This document shows positions 1 to 8,264 of a DNA stretch of 64,000 nucleotides, piece after piece. The stretch is taken from NCBI GenBank assembly GCA_036229005.1, contig JAZAMN010000064.1, positions 32,001-96,000 of the forward strand, in the 5' to 3' direction. Made by a program: the position numbers and the translations under genes. The notes under the pieces are model-generated. The model was not told where the DNA came from and did not search any database. It worked only from the letters and a program-made list of their open reading frames with translations. Origin of the DNA: Myxococcota bacterium. GTDB lineage: Bacteria; Myxococcota_A; UBA796; CAJQPC01. Each line of letters begins with the position of its first letter. Position 1 is the first letter of the stretch.

Positions 1-2
1 CC

Positions 3-548
3 GAGCGCGCCCTCGAGCTGCTCGACCAGTGGGGGGTGCTCGACGCCATCCACCCCGAGCTCTCCGATGTCGCCGTCAAGGTCGGGGAGGGGAGGCAGCG
101 CGTGGCCACCCTGGGCTTGCAGGCCCACCTCCCCACATCTCTGTGGCTCTCACTCGCCGCCCACCTCTCCCCCCCAGCGAGGTCATGCTTGCGCGGACTG
201 GTCCGACCATTCCGGCGCCTCCCGGGCCTCTGGGAGCACCCCGCCGTCGACGCCGCTCCGCTGGGCGCCGGGCGGGCTCAGTGGGGCCTCGCCTGCGCCC
301 GGATCCCGCCGGAGCTCTGGCACCTTCAGCAGCCCGAGGCGGTGGACTGGTGGGTGCGCGAGGGCCGTCTGATCTCCTCCCTCCCGGCCAAGCGCCTGAT
401 GGAGGCCGGCGTGCCCCGCGGACCGGAGCTGGGGGCGGCGCTCAGAGCCGCGCAGGCCTGCGCTTGGGAGGGGGGATCGGAGGCGGAGCAGCTCGCGGCG
501 GCGTTGGGGACTCTGGGGGCTCAGGTATCGGGTATCAGGTCTCAGTAG
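3..548 (+). CDS. C-terminal part of a CCA-adding enzyme / poly(A) polymerase-family tRNA nucleotidyltransferase (5'-truncated)
   Basis: Frame is open from the window edge (ERALELLDQWGVLDAIHPEL). The C-terminal LMEAGVPRGPELGAAL matches the L..G...GP.LG..L tail of class II nucleotidyltransferases. The catalytic head lies outside the window. Confidence 0.6.
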   Translation, partial: ERALELLDQWGVLDAIHPELSDVAVKVGEGRQRVATLGLQAHLPTSLWLSLAAHLSPPARSCLRGLVRPFRRLPGLWEHPAVDAAPLGAGRAQWGLACARIPPELWHLQQPEAVDWWVREGRLISSLPAKRLMEAGVPRGPELGAALRAAQACAWEGGSEAEQLAAALGTLGAQVSGIRSQ

Positions 549-1496
549 TCAGTTAGGAACACCGTTTCTTGTCCGTCTCGGCGACCGGCGACCGGCGACC
601 GGGGACCGGCATGACGTCGAGGCTCTCCTGGGTCCAGGTTGCATCTGGCGCGCCAAGAACCGTGGCCCGCACGCAGTGCCGGGCCCTCCCCGCGGCGTCC
701 CCCAAGTCGGCTGCCACCAACACCCGAGCCCGGCACCACGCCATCGCCGGTCGCCAGTCGCCGGTAGCCGGTCGCCGCGTTGGGGGTCTCAGTAGTCAGG
801 CAGGAGCGCCGGTTTCTGTCCGTCTCGCCGACCGGCGACCGGCGACCGGGGACCGGCATGACGCCGGGGCTTTCATGGGGCTGGGGTGCCGCTGGCGGGC
901 GATGATTCGTGGGCCGGGCGCGGTGCCGGGCCTTCCCCGGGGCGTCCCCCAAGTCGGCTGCCTTCAACACTTGGACCGGCAAGACGTCGAGGCTCTCGTG
1001 GGGCCGGGGTGCCGCTGGCGGGCGATGATTCGTGGGCCGGGCGCGGTGCCGGGCCTTCCCCGGGGCGTCCCCCAAGTCGGCTGCCTTCAACACTTGGACC
1101 CGGCACAACGTCATCGCCGGTCGGCAGTCGCCGGTAGCCGCGTTTGGGGTCTCAGGTATCGGGTATCGGTAGTCAGCCAGGAACACCGGCTTCCGCGTGT
1201 CTCGGCGACCGGCGACCGGCGACCGGGGACCGGCATGACGTCGAGGCTTTCGTGGGTCCAGGTCGCCTCTGGCGCGCCAAGAATCGTGCCCCGCACGCTG
1301 TGCCGGGCCTGGGTGTCGTTGGCGCGCCGAGAACCGTGGCCCGCACGCAGTGCCGGGCCCTCCCCGCGGCGTCCCCCCAAGTCGGCTGCCACCAACACCT
1401 GAACCCGGAACCACGCCATCGCCGGTCGCCAGTCGCCGGTAGCCGGTCGCCGCCACCCCCCAACCCGATACCCGATACCCGATACCCGATACCTGA
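521..1496. repeat. Composite intergenic repeat array (REPIN/BIME/MITE-like): three related units with inverted heptamer arms inside a 16-bp terminal inverted repeat
   Basis: Units at ~575-777, ~822-1140 and ~1199-1451 start with (GGCGACC)n and end with (GGTCGCC)n-like arms. TCAGGTATCGGGTATC at 521-536 (also 1152-1167) is the exact reverse complement of 1481-1496. An exact 95-bp duplicate occurs at 883-977 and 1006-1100. (CCCGATA)x4 at 1464-1491. Confidence 0.9.
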
Positions 1497-1502
1497 CACC
1501 TG

Positions 1503-3464
1503 CTAAAGCGAGCACCCCGGCACCCGCTCGCTCTCCCCCGCCACCACATTCCGCGCCTGGATCAGCTCACGCTCCCAAAAGCAGAGCTCCTCCGCCCGGA
1601 GCAGGTAGCCGTACTTGTAGAGCGTCGGGTTCTCGCCCTCGCTCAGCAGCCGCTCGGGGTCGGGGTCGGCCAGGTCGCTGTGGCGCGCGTCGACGATGGC
1701 GCGGGCCTGGTCGATGCGGCCGCTGGCGTCCTCGATGGGGCCGAGATCCATGTCCAAGACCCCTTGGGCCACGTCGGCGGCGTGGTGGGCCCGCAAGCGA
1801 TCGATGGCCAGGCCCTCCTCGACCTCCCGGACATAGCGGGACTCGGTGAGCTCCAGGGTGGCGAGCTGGGCCTCCAGGTCCTCCAGCGCGCTGGCGTAGG
1901 CGCGGAGCTGTTGGATGTCGGCTTCGATCTGGGCGCGGGCGCCCTCATCCACGGCGGCGAAGTCCTTGTAGTGGATGCGCTCGGGCTGGCTGACGATGCC
2001 CAGGCCGTACCCGAGCTCCATGACGTTGTCGACGCCGGCGATCCAGACGGCCAGGCGCTTCTCGATGAGGTATTCGCGCTGCAGCTCGGTGGTGTCCACG
2101 ACCACCTGACCCAGGCCCGCGCCCAGGGGCTCGAACATCCACAGCACGGTGTCTGCGTAGCTGCCCGGCAGCTCCCAGTTGAAGCGCAGGGTGGCCAGGT
2201 CGTTCTGCCAGTAGCCCCACTCCCAGCCGCTGGAGAAGAGCACGTGGTCGTCGATGGAGACGCCAGTGCGGGCCAGCGCCTGGTCCATGTCGTGCCAGCG
2301 GCTGTGCATGTAGAGCGGGAAGTACTGGGGGACCGGGGTGTCGAAGGCGACCCAGTAGGCGGACTCGGGGAAGTAGCCGACGGGCTCGCCGTCCGTGAGC
2401 CGCTGCTCGAGCAGGGCGCGGTGCTGGTCGAAGTCCTGGTGGTGGTAGGCGCCGCCCGGGTCCTCGTAGAGGTTGTAGAACATCACCGTGTGCACCCAGG
2501 GCGTGATCTCGGGGTCGGCGTACTGGGCGAGCAGGTAGTACACCATCGTCTCGCCGTTGTACTCGACCTGGAGGTCGTCCCCGACGTGCAGCACGGTGGT
2601 CATCTCGGCGTCGGGGGCCTGCTCCTTCATGACCTGGTGGGCCAGGTCGATGGAGGCGATGAAGGCCTCGGGCGGGAAGTCGTTGAACTCGCCGAAGCTC
2701 AGGTTGTAGACGTCAAAGGGGGTCTCTCCGATGATCTTGGCCCACATCTGCTCCATCTGCGGGCGGTAGTCGGCGTCCTCGTCGTCCACCAGATCGAAGG
2801 CGAGCTGCAGGTTGGCGCCGGCAAAGAGCTGCACACCCAGGCTGGTGGTCATGCCGCGGCTGTGGGCGTAGTCGATGATCTCGCCGGTGCGCGCCTGCCA
2901 GTCGGCCAGGGCCTGGTCCGAGTCGTTGATGTCGTCCAGAGAGACCCACTGGATGTGGTTGCCGCGGTTCTTGACCACCCAGTCCATCACGCGCTGGGGC
3001 TCCTCGATGGGCTCGTCGGGCTCCCAGAAGTCGTAGAGGCCCTCGATGGGGTGGAGGGTGTGCATGTGGATGCCGCGGCGGCTCATCTCGGGGGCCTGCA
3101 GGTCCTCGCGCAGGGACTCCGGCCAGGCCAGCTCGGCGGGCACCCAGGTGTCGTAGGGGTTGTAGAAGCGGTAGCCCAGGGCCTCCAGCGCCGCGGCCGC
3201 CCCGTACTGGGCGCCCAGGGTGTCGCCGGCGTGCACGATGACGCGGTCGCCGTCGCGCTCGAGCTGGAAGCACTCGCTGCAGTCCTGATCCAGCACGACG
3301 CCGATGTGGAGGCCGCGCCCGCGGGTGGACGCGGGGTCCTCGGAGACCTCCCAGCTCAGGCGCTCGTCGCCCACGAAGCCGGCGAAGTCCGCCATCACCG
3401 GGTCCAGGTCCTGGGGACCGGACAGGGTGAGGGAAGGGGAGCAGGCCATCAGCCAGAGCAGCAC
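1503..3464 (-). CDS. Putative lipoprotein with a GH20/GH67-type N-terminal accessory domain and probable TIM-barrel hydrolase domain
   Basis: GTG start at 3464 after GGAGG; signal MLLWLMAC. ECFQLERDGDRVIVHAGDTLGAQYGAAAALEALG resembles hexosaminidase domain 2 and is followed by RRGIHMH. Confidence 0.55.
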   Translation of the reverse strand: MLLWLMACSPSLTLSGPQDLDPVMADFAGFVGDERLSWEVSEDPASTRGRGLHIGVVLDQDCSECFQLERDGDRVIVHAGDTLGAQYGAAAALEALGYRFYNPYDTWVPAELAWPESLREDLQAPEMSRRGIHMHTLHPIEGLYDFWEPDEPIEEPQRVMDWVVKNRGNHIQWVSLDDINDSDQALADWQARTGEIIDYAHSRGMTTSLGVQLFAGANLQLAFDLVDDEDADYRPQMEQMWAKIIGETPFDVYNLSFGEFNDFPPEAFIASIDLAHQVMKEQAPDAEMTTVLHVGDDLQVEYNGETMVYYLLAQYADPEITPWVHTVMFYNLYEDPGGAYHHQDFDQHRALLEQRLTDGEPVGYFPESAYWVAFDTPVPQYFPLYMHSRWHDMDQALARTGVSIDDHVLFSSGWEWGYWQNDLATLRFNWELPGSYADTVLWMFEPLGAGLGQVVVDTTELQREYLIEKRLAVWIAGVDNVMELGYGLGIVSQPERIHYKDFAAVDEGARAQIEADIQQLRAYASALEDLEAQLATLELTESRYVREVEEGLAIDRLRAHHAADVAQGVLDMDLGPIEDASGRIDQARAIVDARHSDLADPDPERLLSEGENPTLYKYGYLLRAEELCFWERELIQARNVVAGESERVPGCSL

Positions 3465-3498
3465 GGGAACCTCCGGAGGGAGGCCCACTCTACCGCGC

Positions 3499-4383
3499 TC
3501 AGGTGATGATGACCTCGGGCACGCCGCCGCGCTTGGAGGCCTTGGAGTTGATGGCCCGGTTCACCAGGATCTGCTTGATGTCGAACTCGGCGTAGAGCTC
3601 GCGGACCTCGGGCGTGTCGTGGTTGCTCAGGATGACGGTGATGTCCCGCCGCTTGAGCTCCCAGGCCAGGTCACGCAGCTCCTCCTGGTCCTTGGGGCCG
3701 AAGCCGCCGCGGGTGTAGGAGGTGAAGTTCGAGGTCTTGTTCAAGGGGACGTAGGGCGGGTCGAAGTAGACCGTGTCGCCCGCCTCGGCCTTGAAGAAGA
3801 CGTCCTGGTAGTTGCCGTGGTTGATCTCCACCGTCTGGAGCGCCTTGGAGCAGTCCCGCAGGGTGCGGTGGTCCAGGATGGTGGGGTTGGTGTACTTGCC
3901 AAAGGGTACGTTGAACTTGCCCTTCTTGTTGACGCGGTACAGCCCGTTGAACCCGGTGCGGTTCAGGTAGATCATCCAGGCGGCGACGGCGGCGTCCTCG
4001 CGCTCGGCGTCCACATCCCAGGCGCGCACGTCGTAGTACTGCTCCTTGTTGTGGCCATCGCGTAGCACCGCGAGGCGGGCCATGACGCCGTCCAGGTCGT
4101 CCCGGATGCCGCGGTAGGTGCGGACCAGGCGATGGTTGACGTCCGTGAGCACGGCCCAGGTGTCTTCCCGCTGTCGCTGCGCGGTCTCGTCCGCGAGCGC
4201 CCAGAAGAAGGCACCGCCTCCCACGAAGGGTTCGAAGTAGCGCCCCATGGGGCGATTGACATGGCCGAGCAGGTGCGGCACCACCCGGCGCTTCCCACCC
4301 ACCCACTTCATGAAGGGGCGAAGGGGGGCGCGGGCCTCGGTGCGCTCATGCGCGTCCGCTCTTCCAGCAGCTACAGCAACCAT
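3499..4383 (-). CDS. dam: Dam-family (D12 class) DNA adenine methyltransferase, orphan
   Basis: Motifs PFMKWVGGK, YFEPFVGGG, YLNRTGFNGLYRVN..GKFNVPFG, YFDPPY, ILSN. Start placed at ATG 4383; the track ORF runs to 4452. Confidence 0.9.
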   Translation of the reverse strand: MVAVAAGRADAHERTEARAPLRPFMKWVGGKRRVVPHLLGHVNRPMGRYFEPFVGGGAFFWALADETAQRQREDTWAVLTDVNHRLVRTYRGIRDDLDGVMARLAVLRDGHNKEQYYDVRAWDVDAEREDAAVAAWMIYLNRTGFNGLYRVNKKGKFNVPFGKYTNPTILDHRTLRDCSKALQTVEINHGNYQDVFFKAEAGDTVYFDPPYVPLNKTSNFTSYTRGGFGPKDQEELRDLAWELKRRDITVILSNHDTPEVRELYAEFDIKQILVNRAINSKASKRGGVPEVIIT

Positions 4384-4547
4384 ATGTCCAGCTTCAACAG
4401 TGAAGGCACTTTCACACCCCCGCTGTTGACCTGTCAAGTGAAATGTCATCACCGCCCGAGATTGGCGTGACGATCCGACGCCGGATCCCGCGTTTTCATC
4501 CGCCAGATGGGCGTCCTGGTGTAATCTCGGGGCCCCTGGAGGCTCCC

Positions 4548-5852
4548 ATGAGCGCCCCGCTTCTCACGCTGACTTCCCTGCTCCTCTCTGGACTCTCTGG
4601 CTGCTCCAAGGACAGCGCGGGGACCGACACCTCCATCGACACCAGCCCCGTCGTGGTCGATGACACCGGCGATACCGGCGGCGAGGCCTGCCCCTGCGAT
4701 GCGACCATCACGGGCACGGTCAAGGTCGACATCTACGACTACGACGCCGACGGCAACTTCGTGGACGTGGACGAGAGCAGCCTGAGCAGCTTCCCCTTCG
4801 GCGCGGTCTGGGTCGCGGCCTCCGACTCCGAAGAGGCGATCCTTGGCAGCGACACCATCAAGGCCCCCAGCCTGAGCGGCGACAGCTACAGCCTGGACGT
4901 CAGCGTGGACGAGGCCCAGGACCTGACCCTCTACGGGCGCCTGGACTACTGGGTGGACGGCATCATCGGCAGCACCGAGCCCGTGGGCACCTACCCCCAG
5001 CCCGTCTCCATCAGCGCCACCGAGACCCAGTCCGGCCTGGACATCACCATCCTGGCCTACTGGGACGTGGACGGCTCCGATGGCGGTGGGACCGGCGGCC
5101 CCGGCTGCACCACCGTGGACATCAGCGGCGATGTGCTCATCACCCGCAGCTACGCGGGCGGCGACGTCGCCACCATGCTCCTGGGCACCGACGGCAGCGG
5201 CCCCTACTACAGCACCTGGGACACCCCCACGGCCTCCGGCTCCGGCGCGAGCGCGGCCTACACCCTCCCCGTGTGCGCGGGCGAAGGCGAGCACAAGCTG
5301 GTGGCCGCCTGGGACAGCGACGGCGACGACCTGATCACCGCCGCGGACACCTGGGGCGCCTACATCTCCGAGCCCGACACCGACGGCAACCCCATCAGCG
5401 TCGGGAGCAGCGACCTGAGCGGCCACGACATCCAGGTTCCCCTGGGCGATGAGTCCCCCTTCGGCGCCTTCCCCTTCCTGTCCATCAGCGGCAGCCTGAG
5501 CGTCCAGGACGGCAGCTTCGCGGACTACCCCGAGGGCACCACCCTCTACGTCGCCGCCCTCAAGTACCGCCCCGACGGGGACCTGGCCGTCTCCAAGCTC
5601 AAGGAGCTGGCCTACGGCATGGACTCCTGGGACTACGCCGACTTCAGCACCGAGAGCAGCCTGCCCTACAGCATGACCGTGCCCGCCGGCACCATCGTGT
5701 ACCTGTGGGCCTACGCCGACATCGACGGGGACGGCGTGGTCAACGGCCCCGGCGAGCCCGTCGCCAGCTACGGCGGCAGCACCGGCAAGCTCCCCACCGG
5801 CAGCGAGGACACCACCGCGGACCTGGAGCTGGGCGCCTACAGCGCGGAGTGA
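4548..5852 (+). CDS. Acidic secreted lipoprotein with three repeated beta-sandwich-like modules
   Basis: ATG after GGAGG; lipobox LSGC; D/T/S/G-rich; repeated motifs DYWVDGII, AWDSDGDDLI and YADIDGDGVV (possible Ca2+ sites). Confidence 0.7.
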   Translation: MSAPLLTLTSLLLSGLSGCSKDSAGTDTSIDTSPVVVDDTGDTGGEACPCDATITGTVKVDIYDYDADGNFVDVDESSLSSFPFGAVWVAASDSEEAILGSDTIKAPSLSGDSYSLDVSVDEAQDLTLYGRLDYWVDGIIGSTEPVGTYPQPVSISATETQSGLDITILAYWDVDGSDGGGTGGPGCTTVDISGDVLITRSYAGGDVATMLLGTDGSGPYYSTWDTPTASGSGASAAYTLPVCAGEGEHKLVAAWDSDGDDLITAADTWGAYISEPDTDGNPISVGSSDLSGHDIQVPLGDESPFGAFPFLSISGSLSVQDGSFADYPEGTTLYVAALKYRPDGDLAVSKLKELAYGMDSWDYADFSTESSLPYSMTVPAGTIVYLWAYADIDGDGVVNGPGEPVASYGGSTGKLPTGSEDTTADLELGAYSAE

Positions 5853-5902
5853 TGGTTGGGCTGCGGGTGACCTCGCTTGGGTCGGGGGGCTTGGGATGGA
5901 GG

Positions 5903-5908
5903 TAGACT
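5903..5908 (+). promoter_or_regulatory. -10 element (TAGACT) of a probable leaderless promoter
   Basis: TAGACT, then 6 nt, then GTG start at 5915; the same geometry recurs at four other genes. Confidence 0.55.
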
Positions 5909-5914
5909 GCGGGC

Positions 5915-6277
5915 GTGAAAGAGTTGACCCCAGAGCAGGAGCGCGAGCTCATCGCCGACCTCCGCTCCCTCCATCAGCAGCTCCTCAGCGCCCTCTCTGA
6001 CGGGGATCGCCACGAGGTCGTGGATCTGGACCTGCCCATCGGGCGGCTGTCCCGGGTGGACGCGCTCCAGCAGCAGTCCATGGCCAAGGCCGAGCGGCAG
6101 CGCACCGAGCAGCGCCTGGAGCAGGTGGAGGCCGCCCTGGAGCGGGTCGAAGACGGAGAGTACGGCTACTGCTGCCTGAGCGGCGAGCCCATCGGGTACA
6201 AGCGGCTCAAGGCCCGGCCCGAGGCGCCCTTCTCGGTGGCGAGCCAAGAGAAGCTGGAGAGGGAGGGATCCGGATGA
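5915..6277 (+). CDS. TraR/DksA-family transcription factor
   Basis: Coiled coil with IGRLSRVDALQQQSM; ALERVEDGEYGYCCLSGEPIGYKRLKARPEA signature. Confidence 0.88.
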   Translation: MKELTPEQERELIADLRSLHQQLLSALSDGDRHEVVDLDLPIGRLSRVDALQQQSMAKAERQRTEQRLEQVEAALERVEDGEYGYCCLSGEPIGYKRLKARPEAPFSVASQEKLEREGSG

Positions 6278-7104
6278 GCACCACAATCGTCCTCACCGCC
6301 TTGGGTTTGGGGTGCGGCCCTCAGCCCACGACACTCGACTACCCAAGCGAGGTCACCCTGCATGACCGCAGCCTGCAGATCCCCGAGGCCAAGGTGCTGG
6401 ACGCTGACGGCGAGCGCCTGGAGCTGCCCGTGCAGGTGCTCTCCAGCAACCGCGCGGAGGTCGTACAGCTCACCACCGGTGGGTTCTCCTGCCTGGGCAA
6501 CGGCGATGCCGAGCTGCAGCTCAAGGCCGGCTCCCTGGAGCACCGCGTCCTGGTCCACTGCGCCCTGGTCGAGCGGCTCGAGCTCAGCGCCACCCAGACC
6601 CGGCTGGTGCTCCCCAAGGAGGATGGCCAGCTCCAGCCCCAGACCCTGCAGCCCCCCACCGTGCGCGTGCTGGGCCCCGACGGCGCGCCCGCCTACATCG
6701 ACCCGGTCGCGGTCAGCTCCCGCCCCGAGGTCCTGAGCGTGCAGGAGGACGGCACCCTGCAGGCTCTGCGCCCCGGACGGGCGGTCGTGACCTACACCGC
6801 GGGCGGTCGAAAGGCTGAGTACACCGTGGACATCGGGCGGCTCATCGACGACAGGCTCACCCTGACCGTACCGCCAGGCGGGCGCAGCACCCTGCCGCTG
6901 GAGCCCGGCCCCACCTGGGTGGATCTGAGCGCCCCCGTGCGCATCGAGGCCCACCTGGAGGGCGAGCGCTGCCCCGAGCCCCAGACCGCCAGCCGCATCG
7001 AGGACCTGTACTGCGAGCTGGGCGACCGCGGCATGCTGGTCGTCCACAACCCCAGCCGCAGCACCGTCCGGGTCCGCGCCAAGCTGGTGGTCGTTCCGGG
7101 ATAG
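6274..7104 (+). CDS. Lipoprotein with bacterial Ig-like (BIG2-type) domains
   Basis: Lipobox GLGC; SSNRAEVVQL...GDAEL and SSRPEVLSVQEDGTLQALRPGRAVVT are BIG2-like; ATGA overlap with the DksA-family gene. Confidence 0.65.
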   Translation: MSTTIVLTALGLGCGPQPTTLDYPSEVTLHDRSLQIPEAKVLDADGERLELPVQVLSSNRAEVVQLTTGGFSCLGNGDAELQLKAGSLEHRVLVHCALVERLELSATQTRLVLPKEDGQLQPQTLQPPTVRVLGPDGAPAYIDPVAVSSRPEVLSVQEDGTLQALRPGRAVVTYTAGGRKAEYTVDIGRLIDDRLTLTVPPGGRSTLPLEPGPTWVDLSAPVRIEAHLEGERCPEPQTASRIEDLYCELGDRGMLVVHNPSRSTVRVRAKLVVVPG

Positions 7105-7130
7105 GGGAGGGGACCAGACCAGGAGTCCCC

Positions 7131-8243
7131 GTGAAGGAGATCGAGAGCATCGCCGGCCTGCAGGCCCACCTGGACGCCCACGGCACGCTGGACGGCGTGG
7201 TCATCCAGGGCGTCGACCTGTGCGGGCAGGATGACCTCGTGCGGGCCCTGGGGCGTCGGAGTTGTCTGCTGGGCTGCCTGCTCGATGATGGTGGGCTGGC
7301 CCGTGCCCAGCGCATCGGCGCCCTCGTCTTCCCGGTCCCGCCTCGGCTGCCCTTCCACCCCTACCGCGCGCACCTCTACACCCCGGAAGAGCTGCTCACC
7401 GGCTTTGTGCCCGGGGACCCTGACAGCTTCGCGCGCGACACGCTGGACTCGCGGATCTACGACCACTCCGAGGCTCTGCGGGGGAGCGAGGGGGCGCCGC
7501 CCGTCCTGGATGCGTTGGCCCAACGTCTCCACGATCACGCCATCGACGACGCTCTGGCTCAGCTCCTGCACGCCGGCGAGGACAAGCGTGTCGTGGCCAT
7601 CATGGGCGGTCACAGCATGCGGCGCTGCACCCCCGAGTGGATGCAGGTCCTGCGCCTGGGGCGGGAGCTCACCCGGGCCGGCTATTTCGTCGCCACCGGC
7701 GGGGGCCCTGGCGCCATGGAGGCCGGCAACCTGGGCGCCTGGCTCGCCCCGCACCCCGACCGCGCCCTGGAGGAGGTCGCCGCCCTGCTCGGCGGCGCGC
7801 CCCACTACACGGACCCCGGCTACATCGAGGCCGCCATGGCCCTCAAGGAGCGCTACCCCCGCGGCGCCCAGTCCCTGGCCATCCCCACCTGGTTCTACGG
7901 CCACGAGCCCAGCAACCTGTTCGCCAGCCACGTGGCCAAGTACTTCTCCAACTCCCTGCGCGAGGACGGCCTGCTGGCCATCGCCACCCACGGCGTCGTG
8001 TTCGCCCCCGGCTCCGCCGGCACCGTCCAGGAGGTGTTCATGGACGCCTGCCAGAACCACTACCAGACCTTTGGCGGCCACGCCCCGATGGTGTTCCTGG
8101 GGAGACAGTTCTGGACCGAGACCCTGCCCGTGCGGCCGCTGCTGGAGGCTCTGGCCAAGGGGAAGGGCTACGGCGAGCAGCTTGGGTTTGTGGACACGGT
8201 GGAGGAGGTGGTGGGGTTTGTGGTGGGGCACCCGCCGGGGTGA
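7131..8243 (+). CDS. LOG/SLOG-family Rossmann-fold nucleotide-binding protein
   Basis: VAIMGGHS, ATGGGPGAMEAGN, KYFSNSLRE and FAPGSAGTVQE (PGGxGT-like); GGAG ribosome-binding site upstream. Confidence 0.85.
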   Translation: MKEIESIAGLQAHLDAHGTLDGVVIQGVDLCGQDDLVRALGRRSCLLGCLLDDGGLARAQRIGALVFPVPPRLPFHPYRAHLYTPEELLTGFVPGDPDSFARDTLDSRIYDHSEALRGSEGAPPVLDALAQRLHDHAIDDALAQLLHAGEDKRVVAIMGGHSMRRCTPEWMQVLRLGRELTRAGYFVATGGGPGAMEAGNLGAWLAPHPDRALEEVAALLGGAPHYTDPGYIEAAMALKERYPRGAQSLAIPTWFYGHEPSNLFASHVAKYFSNSLREDGLLAIATHGVVFAPGSAGTVQEVFMDACQNHYQTFGGHAPMVFLGRQFWTETLPVRPLLEALAKGKGYGEQLGFVDTVEEVVGFVVGHPPG

Positions 8244-8244
8244 G
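8228..8244 (+). repeat. Left 17-bp direct repeat (attL-like) of the defence island
   Basis: GCACCCGCCGGGGTGAG, identical to 29306-29322; contains the LOG gene stop codon. Confidence 0.8.
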
Positions 8245-8264
8245 AACAGCCGGCCAAGTTCGCT

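Noticed and set aside
521..1496. CRISPR array
   Set aside because: No constant short repeat with unique spacers; units are long, mutually similar and internally inverted; no cas genes nearby.
542..1549. ORFs across the repeat array (542..1549 minus, 569..1402 plus and others)
   Set aside because: Translations simply mirror the heptamer repeats and have no protein-like motifs.
7131..8243. LOG/SLOG gene as part of the defence system
   Set aside because: It lies outside the direct repeat and has host-like codon style; better read as the insertion target.
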